A DNA stretch of 63,493 bases, filler included, from Intoshia linei (Eukaryota; Animalia; Orthonectida): assembly GCA_001642005.1 (NCBI GenBank). It is 5 parts of 5 records of this genome, joined end to end, with 100 filler letters (N's around TTAATTAATTAA, not from the genome) between each part and the next. Parts side by side here need not be neighbours in the genome. Positions count along the whole stretch, not along the records: positions 1 to 11,491 come from LWCA01001169.1; positions 11,592 to 36,457 come from LWCA01000523.1; 3 more parts are not named here. The stretch is one strand, 5' to 3'. The notes beneath the pieces were generated by a model. The model was given only the letters and a program-made list of their open reading frames with translations. It was not told the origin of the DNA and did no database searches. Positions 1-12,694 of the stretch are shown one piece after another. The position numbers and the translations under genes were made by a program. How positions within the stretch are numbered: position 1 is the first letter of the stretch; every line of letters begins with the position of its first letter.

Positions 1-711
1 TGAGTTGTGCTTTCGATAAATACTTCCCAGAATTAACCGAAGACGAAATGGATTTAGTCAGAAATCTTCTTCATTTCCAAATTGAAAGACTTTCTGATAA
101 TTGTCAAGACGATATCTGTGAATTCATCAATGATTCTACTACAAAAGATTTATTCTCTCAAAAAGATATAACTGAATTTTGGCCTTTGATGTGTGATGAT
201 ATTGATATCCAAATATCGCAAAAATGACGATCCGATCTTTACTCCCTTTCGCATCAACATTCCTATGTTAATCTGGATTTTCGGCGCTTTTAAATATATA
301 GAACAAACAACGAAACAAATTGGACGTTGAAGATGAACTTCGTTGTGCACTCTCCAGTACTCCCCCACGCATTGAGGAACTGATAAAGAAGAAAATGCCA
401 TCTAATTCAAAGTGACGTATCAGTTTTATCAAGATATTAAAAATTGTCATAAATTATATATAAAATAATAAATAATATATTTTATTTACTTGTCTACTGC
501 TTAATAATTCCACACGTTTAATCAAAAATTCTGGCGCGTAGTAAAGTTTAAAAAAGTAGTTAAAAAATTATAAATTTAAATATATTTATCTTATATACCC
601 ATTATATTAAAAAATATAATATAGTATATCAAATATTTAGTAGTGGTAGAGAGGAAAATAATATTTCCTAAAACTGAAGGGGTGCATAGAGTAAATGGTT
701 GAGAACCCCTG
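1..711 (+). mobile_element. 3' end of a decayed hAT (Buster/ZBED8-FAM200-like) DNA transposon with pseudogenised transposase C-terminus
   Basis: Bases 3-415 translate, with one frameshift near 205 and two stops, to ...DKYFPE...EFW..YPNIAKMTIRSLLPFASTFLC*SGFSALLNI*NKQRNKLDVEDELRCALSSTPPRIEEL, the hAT dimerisation-domain signature (PF.STYLCE.GFS). The element ends in GGTTGAGAACCCCTG (697-711; reverse complement CAGGGGTTCTCAACC), followed by the Buster-type target ATCTAGAT. Confidence 0.85.
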
Positions 712-1072
712 ATCTAGATTTAGAATACTATTAAACATAATGTGGAAGAAGTTGGAGATGTTTATATTCATTTTTATTGACATTAGATTATAATAATATA
801 TTATAATTGTACAATATTAAATGGAAATACGCGTTTCGTTTTATAAATGTTTTGTTACAACCATACCAGTGAATTAATCGCAATAAAAATTGGCGATTTG
901 ACCGTGAAGGTGTGTGTTTATGAGGCTGATATTTATGAAAATGTTAATGATTTTACAACAAGTCCCAGAATGTATGTTTTATTAAATTTTTTGCTAGTTT
1001 TATTTTTAAATATTTATACTAAATCAATAAAAATAAACTAATGATATTAAAAATATTTATTTATACAAAAGA

Positions 1073-2013
1073 TTAAATATGAGATTTTATCATATAGGGG
1101 AAAAAAGGTACTTGAGTATTACAGTTTGGAATAGATATTTCTGGGATGATTGATTCAAAAGACGATGAAGAATCATCAATATCAAAAGAATAGGATTCTG
1201 TTGGCAAAGCACTTTTAAATTTTGGCCAAATTGGATCAAATTTTCGATTTATTAGAGCTTGATTAGATTTAGGTTCTTTTGAACTACATAATGAGTAATT
1301 TGGAATTACAGGAAAATAATCCGTTGGTTGGTATCCGGTTATATCTAAATTATAATTTAGATATTGATAATTATAATTATATTTTTAATGTTTGATTCAT
1401 TGAACAAGTCCATTACGCTTGTAGATTTCAATTATACGAAAGTGAAACTTGTTTACTCATGAAATCTATTTCTTTTATGATTTTTTTCTCATTAATTATA
1501 TGTAAATTTAATTGTTAAGGTGTACATTTTTTAAAGTGTGTTAAAAAATACTTTAAGTGTCTATTTTTAACACGAAAACACACATTCTGCCGTCACTGAG
1601 TTATAATAATAATATATAATGAAATGAAAATTACCTGCAAGCGTTTTAGAGTAGACATTTTCAATATCAAAAGGTGGTTGAGAAATGTGTATATTTTCAT
1701 CAATAAAATGAAAAGGAGTTTGATAGTTAGACACTTGAATTTTTTTTGGTTTTTGTTGAAACTGAGATACATTACCCGAGTCTGAATTTATATTTTGTGT
1801 AATTTTATTCAAATATTCAATGTAATAGGTGACTGCGCGTAAAGTGTTTACTTTAGTTCTACGACCCATCTCAGGAAAAAATTCTTCAGGTATATGCCTC
1901 TGAAAAAATGAAATGTATTTATTCAAATTTCTCATCCTTCTTCTTTCGTGGCCATTTGCACGTCTACGATGATTGTCTTTATCCAATTTGGTTCTACTTT
2001 GAATCCTATCCAT
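1073..2013 (-). CDS. bHLH transcription factor (tissue-specific class; subfamily uncertain, Mesp/atonal/twist-like), 2 exons: 2013-1635 and 1344-1073
   Basis: RRRANGHERRRMRNLN...HIP...TKVNTLRAVTYYIEYL is a basic helix-loop-helix. The donor G|GTAATT at 1635/1634 and acceptor TTTAG at 1345 join in phase 1 to an open ~90-codon exon ending in TAA at 1073. Confidence 0.85.
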
Positions 2014-2879
2014 TTATATTTTTTTAAATTTGTAAATATACTTTTAAAAACTTTAAAATTAATGAAATTGGCTATTCAACTGAATAATGGATAAATAAAA
2101 AATATACCGTTTTATTGGCCTAATGATATATAGTATTGCACCCATTTATAACATATAAAGTTACATGTCTACCGTGAGTGGATAATTGCTGTGTTATGGG
2201 AGGATCGTGACTGAATAAGTATATCAATCTTTGATTTGAATTGATTGGATGGTGTTATTCTCACATAATAATCCAATTAAGCAATTGATGCCAAATTACA
2301 TTGTGACAAGAACGTCAAGAATCAAAATTTTATATATGGTTATTGTAACAATTTTATGTCATGTCCTCATTTTAATTTCCAATAATACTAGCCATAAAAA
2401 TGTAACTTGACAGAATCATAAATGTTATATGGAAGCGGCAATTAATCCTATATTATTTTACATTATTTTGATTTTTTTACAACCGACATTTGCCAAATTG
2501 TTTTTTGTGCAATAAAAAATATTACAACACGTGTTTTAGTGTAAAATTATCGTTTTACGCTTCAAACAAATTTTATGTTGATAGATTATACTAAATTTGT
2601 GTTAAACTATTTTAATTTACAATTTAAATTCTTTAAATTTTATTACTTATTTTTTGATTTAGCTTTATTTGTTTCATTCAAATTTATAATTTTTAGTGAT
2701 TTACTAAAATTAAATTGTAATATTGAATGATCGATTAAAACTAAACCTATTTGTAACATATCAGTTGGGCACGTGCTAAATGGTTTATGCTCTTGTGCAA
2801 TTTTAGAGACCAGTGAGAATAATGAAACGTCTGTATCAAGTGTGGTGAAGTGTTTTTGAATGGAGGTCGTATTGTTACA

Positions 2880-3720
2880 CAGTGATTCTCAACCTGTGGC
2901 CCGCGGGCCTTTTGTGTGCCATTTTGTGGCTTCTTTTAAATTTGTCGTGGCCCGTCGAATGTTTTAAATAATTTTAAATTGTTTTGTCCCTGTTTAAAAA
3001 ATATAATTTAAATTTGTTTGTACTAAAGTAGTGTGCAAATTTCTTAACAAATATATATTTTAACTGATGTTGTTGTAATTATTAATAATCTCAACAAAAA
3101 ATTGCAAGGAAAAGATAAAACAATGAATTATATTTAGTAGACTATTATAGTATTTAGTGAACAATTAAAGTGTATAATTTCTAAAGTACGGCTGGTTGGT
3201 ATGTCTTTTTTCTCCGTCACTTTTTCAAAACGATCGTGATAATAATTTCAACGATAAATTATTGTTCTATCTTGTAGAAATACAAGATTAATTTGAATGT
3301 TGATTTAAAGACTTTCAATTTATTGGAATAATTGTTAAATTAGTTTTCCTTTAAATACAAGTCTCTAAATATTATAAGAATTTGAAAGAATGGGACTGCA
3401 AAATAAAGAACTGGAATTTATAGCCTTTAAAAATAGTTTCTCAATAAAATATATATATAAATAAAAAATAATAATTTACTATATCCCATACAAAAATGGC
3501 TATTGATTAAACATAACCCATAATTTTATAAATTGCACTCATGTGTATTAAAATTATTGACCTATGGAATAAAATATTCATGTGAATCTGCTTTTTCGTA
3601 TATTGCGTTTATTAACAAATATGTAAAAATTTAAATTTAAATATCTAATCAACATTTAGAGGTTAGGTTACGATTAGGAACATCATAAACTTTACCGAAA
3701 TTTGGATTATTAGCGGTTAA
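2880..3720 (+). mobile_element. Decayed hAT element (GTF2IRD2/EPM2AIP1-like transposase remnant)
   Basis: Starts with hAT-like terminus CAGTGATTCTCAACCTGTGGCCCGCGGGCC. Broken frames give QD*FEC*FKDF (~3280) and KLLTYGIKYSCESAFSYI..KY / NQHLEVRLRLGTS (~3550-3690), resembling the hAT C-terminal domain. Confidence 0.6.
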
Positions 3721-4077
3721 ATAAAAAATAACAACTATTATAAACTAATATCAAATTTGTTAAATATACAGTCCAACAAAATAACTACTTTTTTTAATAC
3801 CAGAGTAAAATATAGTGCACCTAGAAGAGATTTTTATTCTTGACCAGATGGTATATTCAGTTTTTCTGTATCACGTCTGTATTTTTTTTAAAATACGCAA
3901 AAAGTTCGAAAAAGTGCCTCAAACTTGCATATTTAAAAGGTCAATAGAAATGTTAAATAAGGTAGATATATGGATTATTATATATTATTGGAAAGGGAAA
4001 ATCTTTGCGTTGCAACTTATGAAATTATTAACAGAATTGAATACTATTGAACGAAATGAAGCGGAATATATGAAAAA

Positions 4078-5060
4078 TCCTTACTTATATAATGTTCTAA
4101 GTCCACATTTCTATTACAGTTTTTTCAAGGGTGAAAGTAAGATAAATTTCAATCTACAAAACTTACATCTTACGGGTCAAATATCCCAATTGTCCTTTTT
4201 TTGAAAATCAAACGAGTGATACGGAGTTTAAAATCATCAATATTATCATCAATTTAAATTTAAAAAAATTATATCTTCTGGGCCAAAACCACAAATTACC
4301 CTTCTTTTTTTTAATAAAAACCGACCTAGAATTTAAAAAAATTTACATTTGGTACAGTTGTACCATGTTAACACAAACAAAAAATTTCAATCATTAAATG
4401 ACGACTTTACAGTCAAAAAAGCATTTTAGTATTCATATATTTTTTTTCCGAAATATTTTAACAACATTTATTATTTATAAAACAAAAAATGTGGAATAAT
4501 TAACTGTCCGAACATTAAAAAAAAGAAGATTATTCTGATAGAGCTTATTCCAGTTGATATAAATACAAAGTTTAACCTGAGAAATCTACGCATTCCCGAT
4601 GAAAAATAATTTTTAATATATTATGAACCAATCAACCCGAGAAATCTACGCATTCCCAATAAAAAATAATTCTTAATATATTATCAACCAATATTTTTCA
4701 AATATTTTGATTAAAATAAAAATTGAAAATGCAAATTGATTTTACAATTTCAAAAAAAATTTATTTAAAATTATTATTAAAAAATTGAACGTCTACACAT
4801 TTCCAATAAAGAAATATATGTGAAAATCTATATAATTCATTCCTTCGGAATTTTTTTCGTTGCTACGCAATTTTTAAACTTCAAATTCTCATTTTCAAAA
4901 CATTTTGTTTCAAATTAATCAACTTAAACTACAACAACGAAATTAAAGTAATACAACTTTGTTAATATTATTTTTATATTTATTACAATCCTTTGCAATA
5001 TTGGTAAAATTCGACTGAAATATGTATATAAAGTAAAAATTCGATTTACATTTATACAAA
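4078..5060 (+). mobile_element. Non-autonomous Helitron-like element, 5' portion
   Basis: Begins A|TCCTTACTTATATAAT. The body is near-identical to copies at 23390, 28473, 39451 and (reverse) 47415. Contains an internal ~61-bp tandem duplication at ~4575-4695. Confidence 0.75.
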
Positions 5061-5871
5061 TTATATGAATATGTTAATAAAATCACAAATGAATTTAGTA
5101 GAGGTAATAAACAAAAAATGTACCTCTACTTTAGCCCTAAATTGAGCAACTTAGCGACCTCGAAACATTATATGAGTCATCACTAATGACTTATCGCTAG
5201 AGTAATTTATTTATGACGAAAAATTCAAAAAAATACAATTTATGCCAATTTAATTTATTATAGTATAGAGGTTCCCAAATGACGTTACTGGGACCCCTAT
5301 GATAACAGATATTATTTTAGAGCACCAGCTCGTCTAATACTATGCTCATAAATGTATAAATATTTTTTAAATTCCAAAAATAATAATTAATTTGTAATAA
5401 TATACTTAGTTCCTTATGTATTTACGACTATTTGATAGTCTCTGTGATTTTAAGGTTGTATATTAAATATAGTTACGTCTCTATTACGTCAGTCGATCAT
5501 TAACAATTTTTTAGATATCTATTTTTGGTCAAGTAGAGTTTTAACAATTTTTTTAATTATCATGGTGTCATAGTTACGATAAACTGTAATTATTACAAGG
5601 TACGAAATTATATTTTTTTTAGTTTGAGGTACCAACTGTGAAGTATGTTGGGAACCGCTGTTATAGTACAATATAATATATTCTTCACCAATGAAAACTT
5701 GATGAGGTTTCACAGTTCAATAGTTCACTGAGAATACTGAGAATTTTTTTACATTATAACTTTATTATTATGAAAATTATATCAAAAATCGATATACCCA
5801 TTTGTAGTGATATATCGCTATCATACTAATCGAGATTCGAATATATACTTTTGATATAACTCACTTGTGAC

Positions 5872-5943
5872 GTCTAACTGGCAGAGTGGTTATAGTCATA
5901 TAATTGTATTCTGTGTGGCTAGATTCGAATCGAGACTTGGACA
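5872..5943 (+). pseudogene. Degenerate tRNA-like sequence (tRNA pseudogene or SINE head)
   Basis: 72 nt. GTCTAA/TTGGAC acceptor-like pairing, A-box-like TGGCAGAGTGG, B-box-like GATTCGAATC, followed by a T6 run. The anticodon and T stems pair poorly. Confidence 0.45.
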
Positions 5944-6537
5944 TCTTTTTATTTAAGATGAACTTGTCAGAGTTCTTATCTATCAATCGTTACACCATTA
6001 AATGTGTGTATTAGAGTTCCCTTTTCATTTCTAACATTTTTTTATGACATTGTTGGACCTACTCATCACGTTATCATAATTTAATCATCGGGAATAAGAT
6101 CTAATCTCGTTTAGTCAGATATTTTTTTTAAAGTGATTATTCGATGGCCGTGTTATTGAAATATTTAATATGTAATTTTTATCAGTTAAAATACTTGGTA
6201 GGAAAGTCATTTTTTAGATAAACTTTAAAAACAATAGATAATTAGTACTTTAATTACAAACTCATTCATTGTTAAGTCACTAATTAATTCTTAAGTTAAT
6301 CTAAGGCATTAATTAATAATTAATCATAAATATAATATTTGAAATTTAGTTGGTAGTCCATAGCGACAATAATACAAAATACATAAATAACGTGCTGATT
6401 CAGCATAGTAAACATAACGATAGTAACAAAAGTTTAAAAATAAAATTTGTTTATTGATATCAACTATAAAATTTACATTTCATAAATAAATCTTACATGT
6501 ATAGAGAATATTATTAAATCTTCTATAAAATGTGTAA

Positions 6538-9500
6538 ATGACAGATACTAATGAAATTGATGTAATCCTTGTAAATATTTTGAAATAAATTAATTGAACT
6601 AGATTAAAAAATACACTAATGATCGTATAAAGGTCTTGGAGATAAGAAAAGAACATCGTACTATATTGAATGGTATTTTTATTATATTTTTAGCATGATC
6701 CATGATTTGTAAAATATGTAATTACGATTAACTTCAATTTAAAATAACTTGTGAACTATTTTGCGTAAACAGAAATATAAAAAGTAAAAAGTTAATTTGA
6801 CTAAACCAGGGGTACACAACGTGCGGCCGTGGGCAATACATTTGATCATAATCCAATATATCATTTTACTTCAAATTTAAAATGAGTGGGTGGAAAGGTT
6901 GTGCACCCCTGGACTAAACCCTTAGTAAACTTTGACTGATACCACGAAAGTCACTGCGTTTACCAGATAAACAGAATACAATGTATTCAATTATAACAAT
7001 GATAAGGACAGCAATACAGGCATGTATTTATGCAAATGTAGTTGGACCTAAGTTTCTCTATAGAGTTAGTAAAAATTTGGTTTATTGACGGTTTGATTGA
7101 ACTTAAGTTATTAAAATGGGGTATCTATAAGTTTGGTGAACAATGTCTACTAGACATGGACTATTCAGATAATCAATAAATATATCTAATATTACACAAA
7201 ATTCCCTCTTTGCTGAAACTACAAACAGAACGTACCTATACTGGCGCACTATCAAAAGATCGTAAAAAAATAAACTTCATAACTTAACTAAATATAGTAA
7301 ATTGAATTGGATAAAAAATATTCTCTGGTGTAAACACCATAGAATATTTTTATTTTTTTTGTAATATGGTTTGTAGGTATAATATGCTATCTTAATATTT
7401 CAGTTTTAACTTGGGTCTGTAATCTAAATTAAATGAACTAGTTAATGAATTATTTAATTTAAACTTAAACAAAATAAATACGATCTTTTTATTTACGATA
7501 TTGTGAACGGACACGACGTATACTAATCATTAAATTTTAATTAAGAAAATTATAACGAAAACGTGTTGAAAAAATTACAATCAAATGTAAAAAAAAATAC
7601 AACATTCGTTAGAAAATTGGTAATTTTTTTATATTTTTTATTTACATGTATAATTTACAATTAATTTAGAAAAACATAAGCGAATCCAACATTGATGGGT
7701 TGTTAAGTGATTTAACAAAAATTAATTTATCAAAATATACATCTGAATTGGTAACGAAATTATTAATATTTTTTAACTTTACTAGGCTGATGCCGTATTG
7801 AAAACAAAATTAAAATCATCTGATTTGAATCATGTTGTAAAAGTTTGCGTTTACATTAAAAAATGGTATCCAACTTTTGGTCAGGAGTTATTTAAAGAAA
7901 TGATTAAGCATTTTAACGATTACTTGAATACCGAGGTATTATTTTCATTTTTTTAATGAAAAATACTTAGAAGATTGGAAAATTTTACATTGAATTTCGA
8001 TTATATCATGAATTGATACTGAATGGTGTTTTTCCATTTCAAGATTCAATAAAACAATCACTAAAATACTTCAAAGCAATGATGACAAACATTAATTCCG
8101 ACATTATTAAATATTTACACGTTCTAACTTCATTCACGAAGCATTTTTCTATGGATTTTATGCACATTTTATCAAAAAGTTTAAATACGACAAATACTGA
8201 CCATTTGAAAGATGACATCATAACTAAAAATATTGTATCTGTATACGTTGGTATTTTTTCTAAATATTTTACTATTCTTGAAAAATTTTTTGAAAGACAG
8301 ACTAAATACTTGACTGATGAAAAACAAAGAAATCAAAACTCTTTAAAAGTTAAAGGAGAAATTTATAAAAATCATTTGGAACACTATGAACAATCAAAAA
8401 GGGACCATGAAAAATATTTAACTTATATCAACCAAATTGCTGAAAATTTCGATAAAAACAAAATTGTATATAAAGAAGAAATGCTCGAAGAAGAAGAATT
8501 ATTTATGCCTCCAACTTTTACTACCAAGGATGGTAAGGTGTCTGTTTTTGAGGATGATAATCAAAGAACTTTTTATGAGGATATTCCTGACATTCCAACC
8601 AAATACATTATAGTTAAACCCAAAAAAAATAGTAAAGAAAAACCAACCGAATTGGAAAATAAAATTGATTCTAACGGGTCAATTTCTAAAAATTGTGACA
8701 ATCATTCAACTGAATGCACAGATGGTATTATTTACATTTTATTATATTCAAAATTTATTATGGTTTTATTAAGTTTGTTAATTTAGTTTGATTTATATTG
8801 GTAATTTGATAATTTTTTACGTTTTTATTTAGATTCTGATTCAAATGCACTCACTAAATCAAAAAAATTAAATTTTGAGGGTTTTGACGATTTTTTGGGA
8901 TCATTGTCGAAATTTATTAATAGAGATCTAATTGATAAGGTAAATTAAATTTGGGTTTATTTGGTTTATTTAATTTTTAGGCAGCAATAGATTTTATGGT
9001 CAAGTATAATTCTAAAAAGAACCGAAAGGAATTGATCCGAATATTTTTAACCGTGAAATGGAGTCGGTATTTAATTTTTTTAAATTGTATTTAATTTGGT
9101 GTCTAGTTTGTATATTTTTTTGGTAGCAAACCAAAACTTTGCAAACGTGGTTGACAGTCTTGTAATTAGTTTCATTTAGAATTGATTTGCTTCCATTTTA
9201 TTCACGATTTGTTTGCATTATCAATAAAGCACATACCGATATCCTTAAGAGTATGATTAAATCCTTGATTGCTACGTTTCATTATCATGTACATTTTTTT
9301 AATTTTAATTTATCACATTAGTTATTTTTATTATTTTGGAGAAAGTTAAATGTGATCAAATGTTCCATTTTTTGTTCTGTTGCGGAAATTCGTTTTGTTT
9401 TGACATTTTCGCTTAAACTTTGGTTTCAAATTGTGTATACTGTACAGTGTACATTAGGCTTATTCCATTTTTGAACTTTTATTGAAATGGTAAATGAGCT

Positions 9501-10730
9501 CCATTTAATTTTCTGCGAAATGACATATATATTTTCCATTTTGGTCCAATAAAACCCATGCGTCTAATAATTTAAAGTTTTTATTTTATTGTTTTTTTGT
9601 TAGTTTAATGATGACTAGGTTGTCTGTTATGTATTACGTTTTTGTACGTTGTACAAATAGCACCTCGCTCTGCCGAGGGTACATTTTGAATTCTACCAAA
9701 AAAATAAATTCAATTAAAAAATCTAACTTAAAAATGATATAGTCACTATTATCAATTTTTTAAAGGAGTGATTCCCAAACTTGTTTAATACACACCGGTC
9801 ATTTCACATTGTCTTTTAATTTAAAGTTTATTATTATCACTTAATTTTATTTTGTTAACATTTTTGTAAAGAATTTTGTTATCCCACTTTTTTTTGAAAT
9901 GGTAAGAAGAATATTTACATTTTTGATTTTACAATGTTAATCCAAACATTTCAAAAATATTGGTTGATAATGTATGACAAGTTATTTTTTATTGGGAATG
10001 TGTAGATTTCTGGGGTTGAAATTTTGTATCTATATCAACTGGAATGACCATATCAGAATAATAACTTTTTTTAATAGTAAAACCGTTAATTATATCAATT
10101 TTTTTGTTTTAATAAGATTTTTTGTGTGTTAACTTCATATAATCAACTGTATTTTTTTATTTTATTTTTTCCAGCGAATTTCTGTAAAAAATAAACGCGG
10201 GTGTGTATGTTTATGATACATATGTTTTAAGGTTTAACTTGTTATCATCATAATACTAACTTGGCTGTTATATTATGTACTTATATAAAAAATAGCCAGC
10301 TGTGTGAATATTTGACTTTTTAGTTGCTTATTGAGAATTAGTGAATAAAATTTAAAATAAAGTGAAAAAAATGCAATATATTGTTACCACCCTAAAATTG
10401 TCATAAATAACGTGAATCCCAAAAAAAATAAACGTATAAATGTAGCTTGTAGCATACTTATTTCTTCTAACATTATAATGTGGTAAAAAATATTTTAAAT
10501 TGTTCTCAGAACGGCTGAATGATCACATTTGAGCCTGATTATCTTTATTTTCTTAAATAAAAATAATAATATATACAATGTTACAATATTATGCATGTAG
10601 TTAAATGTATATTTAGGTAAAATCACGGGATCAATTGCATTTGGACCAAAAATTGAAAACTGTAAGATTTATTGGAGAATTGGTTAAATTTAAATTGTAC
10701 CCATTAAATGAAGTTATGAATCATATAAAG
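6538..10730 (+). CDS. UPF2: Regulator of nonsense transcripts 2 (UPF2), 5' part covering MIF4G-1 and MIF4G-2; rest lost at contig end
   Basis: Spliced exons give KKLQSNVKKNTTFVRKL, DLTKINLSKYTSEL, FEDDNQRTFYEDIPDI, INRDLIDKAAIDF..NSKKNRKEL, DLLPFYSRFV, KLKTVRFIGELVKF, all matching conserved UPF2 motifs. GT-AG introns include 35-50 bp ones (e.g. 7751-7785, 7936-7970). The start codon at 6538 is inferred. Confidence 0.92.
6807..6911. mobile_element. 105-bp hAT-type MITE in a UPF2 intron
   Basis: TIRs CAGGGGTACACAAC / GTTGTGCACCCCTG and a perfect 8-bp TSD GACTAAAC on both sides. Confidence 0.88.
7243..7515 (+). mobile_element. 9-bp-TSD MITE (Mutator-like), GATCGTAAATC family
   Basis: Ends GGCGCACTAT...GAACGGACACG; flanks ACCTATACT/ACGTATACT; same family as 29535, 37363, 44574, 56330. 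Confidence 0.8.
9616..10170 (-). mobile_element. Helitron-like element, 3' end and partial body, in a UPF2 intron
   Basis: Reverse complement of the family 3' end (GTGCCCTCGGCAGAGC...ACATAACAG.CAACCTAG|T) at ~9616-9685. Confidence 0.65.
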
Positions 10731-11491
10731 GTAATTTGATATAATGTAAATCTGTGTTTCTCAGCCGGTGCGCTCGGGTCCACCAATGTAACAAACGAAA
10801 AGTTAATTTAAAAAAAGTTTACATGCGAATCATATTCATTGTTATAATTCAAACCGTTTTCGAAATTGAGCAACTAATTAATAATTAATGTGTAACGATC
10901 TCATTGTTTTAACATATAATATTATATAATGTATTTTAAATTACCATTGAGGCACGTCTCCAAAATGCCGATTAGTGGAATTTTTTTTTAAAAATATTTA
11001 AAATAGAGATACAGAGTACCATTTAAACATTTAAAACAGTGCACTTGAAAATAAGAAGTTTATCAAAAAAACATTTTCACTAGAAACAATTAAATTTGCT
11101 CAATAATAAAATTATTTGGATATTTATCTAAAGTATTTAAGTAAAATAGAAGAATTTAGAAACTTAAAATTATTTAATTTACAATAAATGTTTAAAATGG
11201 CCATCATCAGATTGGATACATAAATCAATGCGTTTAAGGAAATTGTTGTAAACATTAGATAATTCTAAGTGCTTGATATTGGTTTTTAGGGATTTTATAT
11301 TTGAAGGGGAATTTTTATAAATTTTAGATTTTTAATTCAAAAAATTAATAGGAACTTGTGTTTATACAGTTGATTTGTTGTTTATTTCAGACATTCTCAA
11401 TTTTTTTTTGCTGTGGAACCCTAAGATGATATTACAAAAAACCTGTGGACCCCCAAAAAAATTAATAATAATGACAATTTTTAATGAATCA

Positions 11492-11591
11492 NNNNNNNNN
11501 NNNNNNNNNNNNNNNNNNNNNNNNNNNNNNNNNNNTTAATTAATTAANNNNNNNNNNNNNNNNNNNNNNNNNNNNNNNNNNNNNNNNNNNN
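11492..11591. other. Artificial contig-joining spacer
   Basis: N44-TTAATTAATTAA-N44, identical at four places; the core has stops in all six frames. Confidence 0.95.
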
Positions 11592-11658
11592 AGAGAATGT
11601 AATTCGCATAAATACGTTTATTATCTAGTATTGGTCAATTGAATGATTTGGTGTTAGA

Positions 11659-11889
11659 TCATTTATAAATTGGAACAATCTTATTAATTGCAACATAATA
11701 TGTGATGCCTCCAAAAATGTTCTTATCAAGAATAATTTGTCAGATTTTGATGTTAACTTTTCAACAAATAAATTGGCGGAGAGGGTATTTAGAATGGCCA
11801 ATGAGAAAATATACAACTCAAAATCCATTAAAAATTTGGAACAAGTTTTGATTAGATATTTTAATGACCATCGAATTAGATTAAACTAA
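11659..11889 (+). CDS. Probable terminal exon of an unidentified gene
   Basis: Open stretch SFINWNNLINCNIICDASKN...RYFNDHRIRLN* after a TTAG, with coding-like composition and AATAAA just after the stop. No homology recognised. Confidence 0.4.
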   Translation, partial: SFINWNNLINCNIICDASKNVLIKNNLSDFDVNFSTNKLAERVFRMANEKIYNSKSIKNLEQVLIRYFNDHRIRLN

Positions 11890-12694
11890 TGTAATAAATA
11901 TTTATAAATATATTCTTTATAAAATGTACTTTTTATATCAATTTATAGTTTTTTCTATTGTTTTAATTCTATTGTTTAGTCAATATTAGGACTATTTCTG
12001 TCAATACGTGGGTCATTTCTAAAATTTTATGTGATAGAGAACAATTTTCTTCACATTATAAATGTAAACACAATACAAATTATTTAATTTAATATCAATT
12101 TTCAAAATATTTTCATTTTTAGCAAAAGTCGGTGGTCTTTTTTGATTTCAAAAATTTTAAAAAGCATATTCGTAACATACACAAAATTACTCATTTTTCC
12201 CCGTGGGCTACTTTATGTTTACTCATAAAAAGCTGATTTTAGACACAGGTTAATGTACGTTCCTTTTTCGTCAGTTCAATGATTAACAATTTTTCAGATA
12301 TCTATTTTTGGTGAAGTAGAGTTTTAACAATTTTTTTAGTTGATACAGTGTCATAGTTACACTGAATTTAAATTACTGCGTACCAAATTATTTTTTTTCA
12401 GTTTAGGGGAACTACTTGGAAGCATATTGGGAACCACTGGTCTACCTTATTGGGGAGCGATTACAAGATTCTGATAATTTGTCAAATATTTCATTAATAA
12501 TAGTAGTTTTTAAATTGCTCTTATCGAGCGCCTGGCTGTCATCGAGCAGACAAAAACTGCGATTACGGGCATATTATTAATATATTTAAAATTATTTTTT
12601 ATAAATATTAATTATAATACAAGTTCAACATTTGGAAAACGCTCTCTCATAATATGTCTATAATATTAGAATTTATAATATTTTTATGATATAG

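Noticed and set aside
1-415. Stop-codon reassignment suggested by in-frame TAA/TAG in the hAT frame
   Set aside because: The same relic has a frameshift, and the intact genes end in TAA with no internal stops.
3815-4204. 129-aa ORF and similar short ORFs at 41618, 48265, 48611, 50242, 51084, 57641 and 57823
   Set aside because: They overlap copies of the Helitron-like repeat, and the frames are not conserved between copies.
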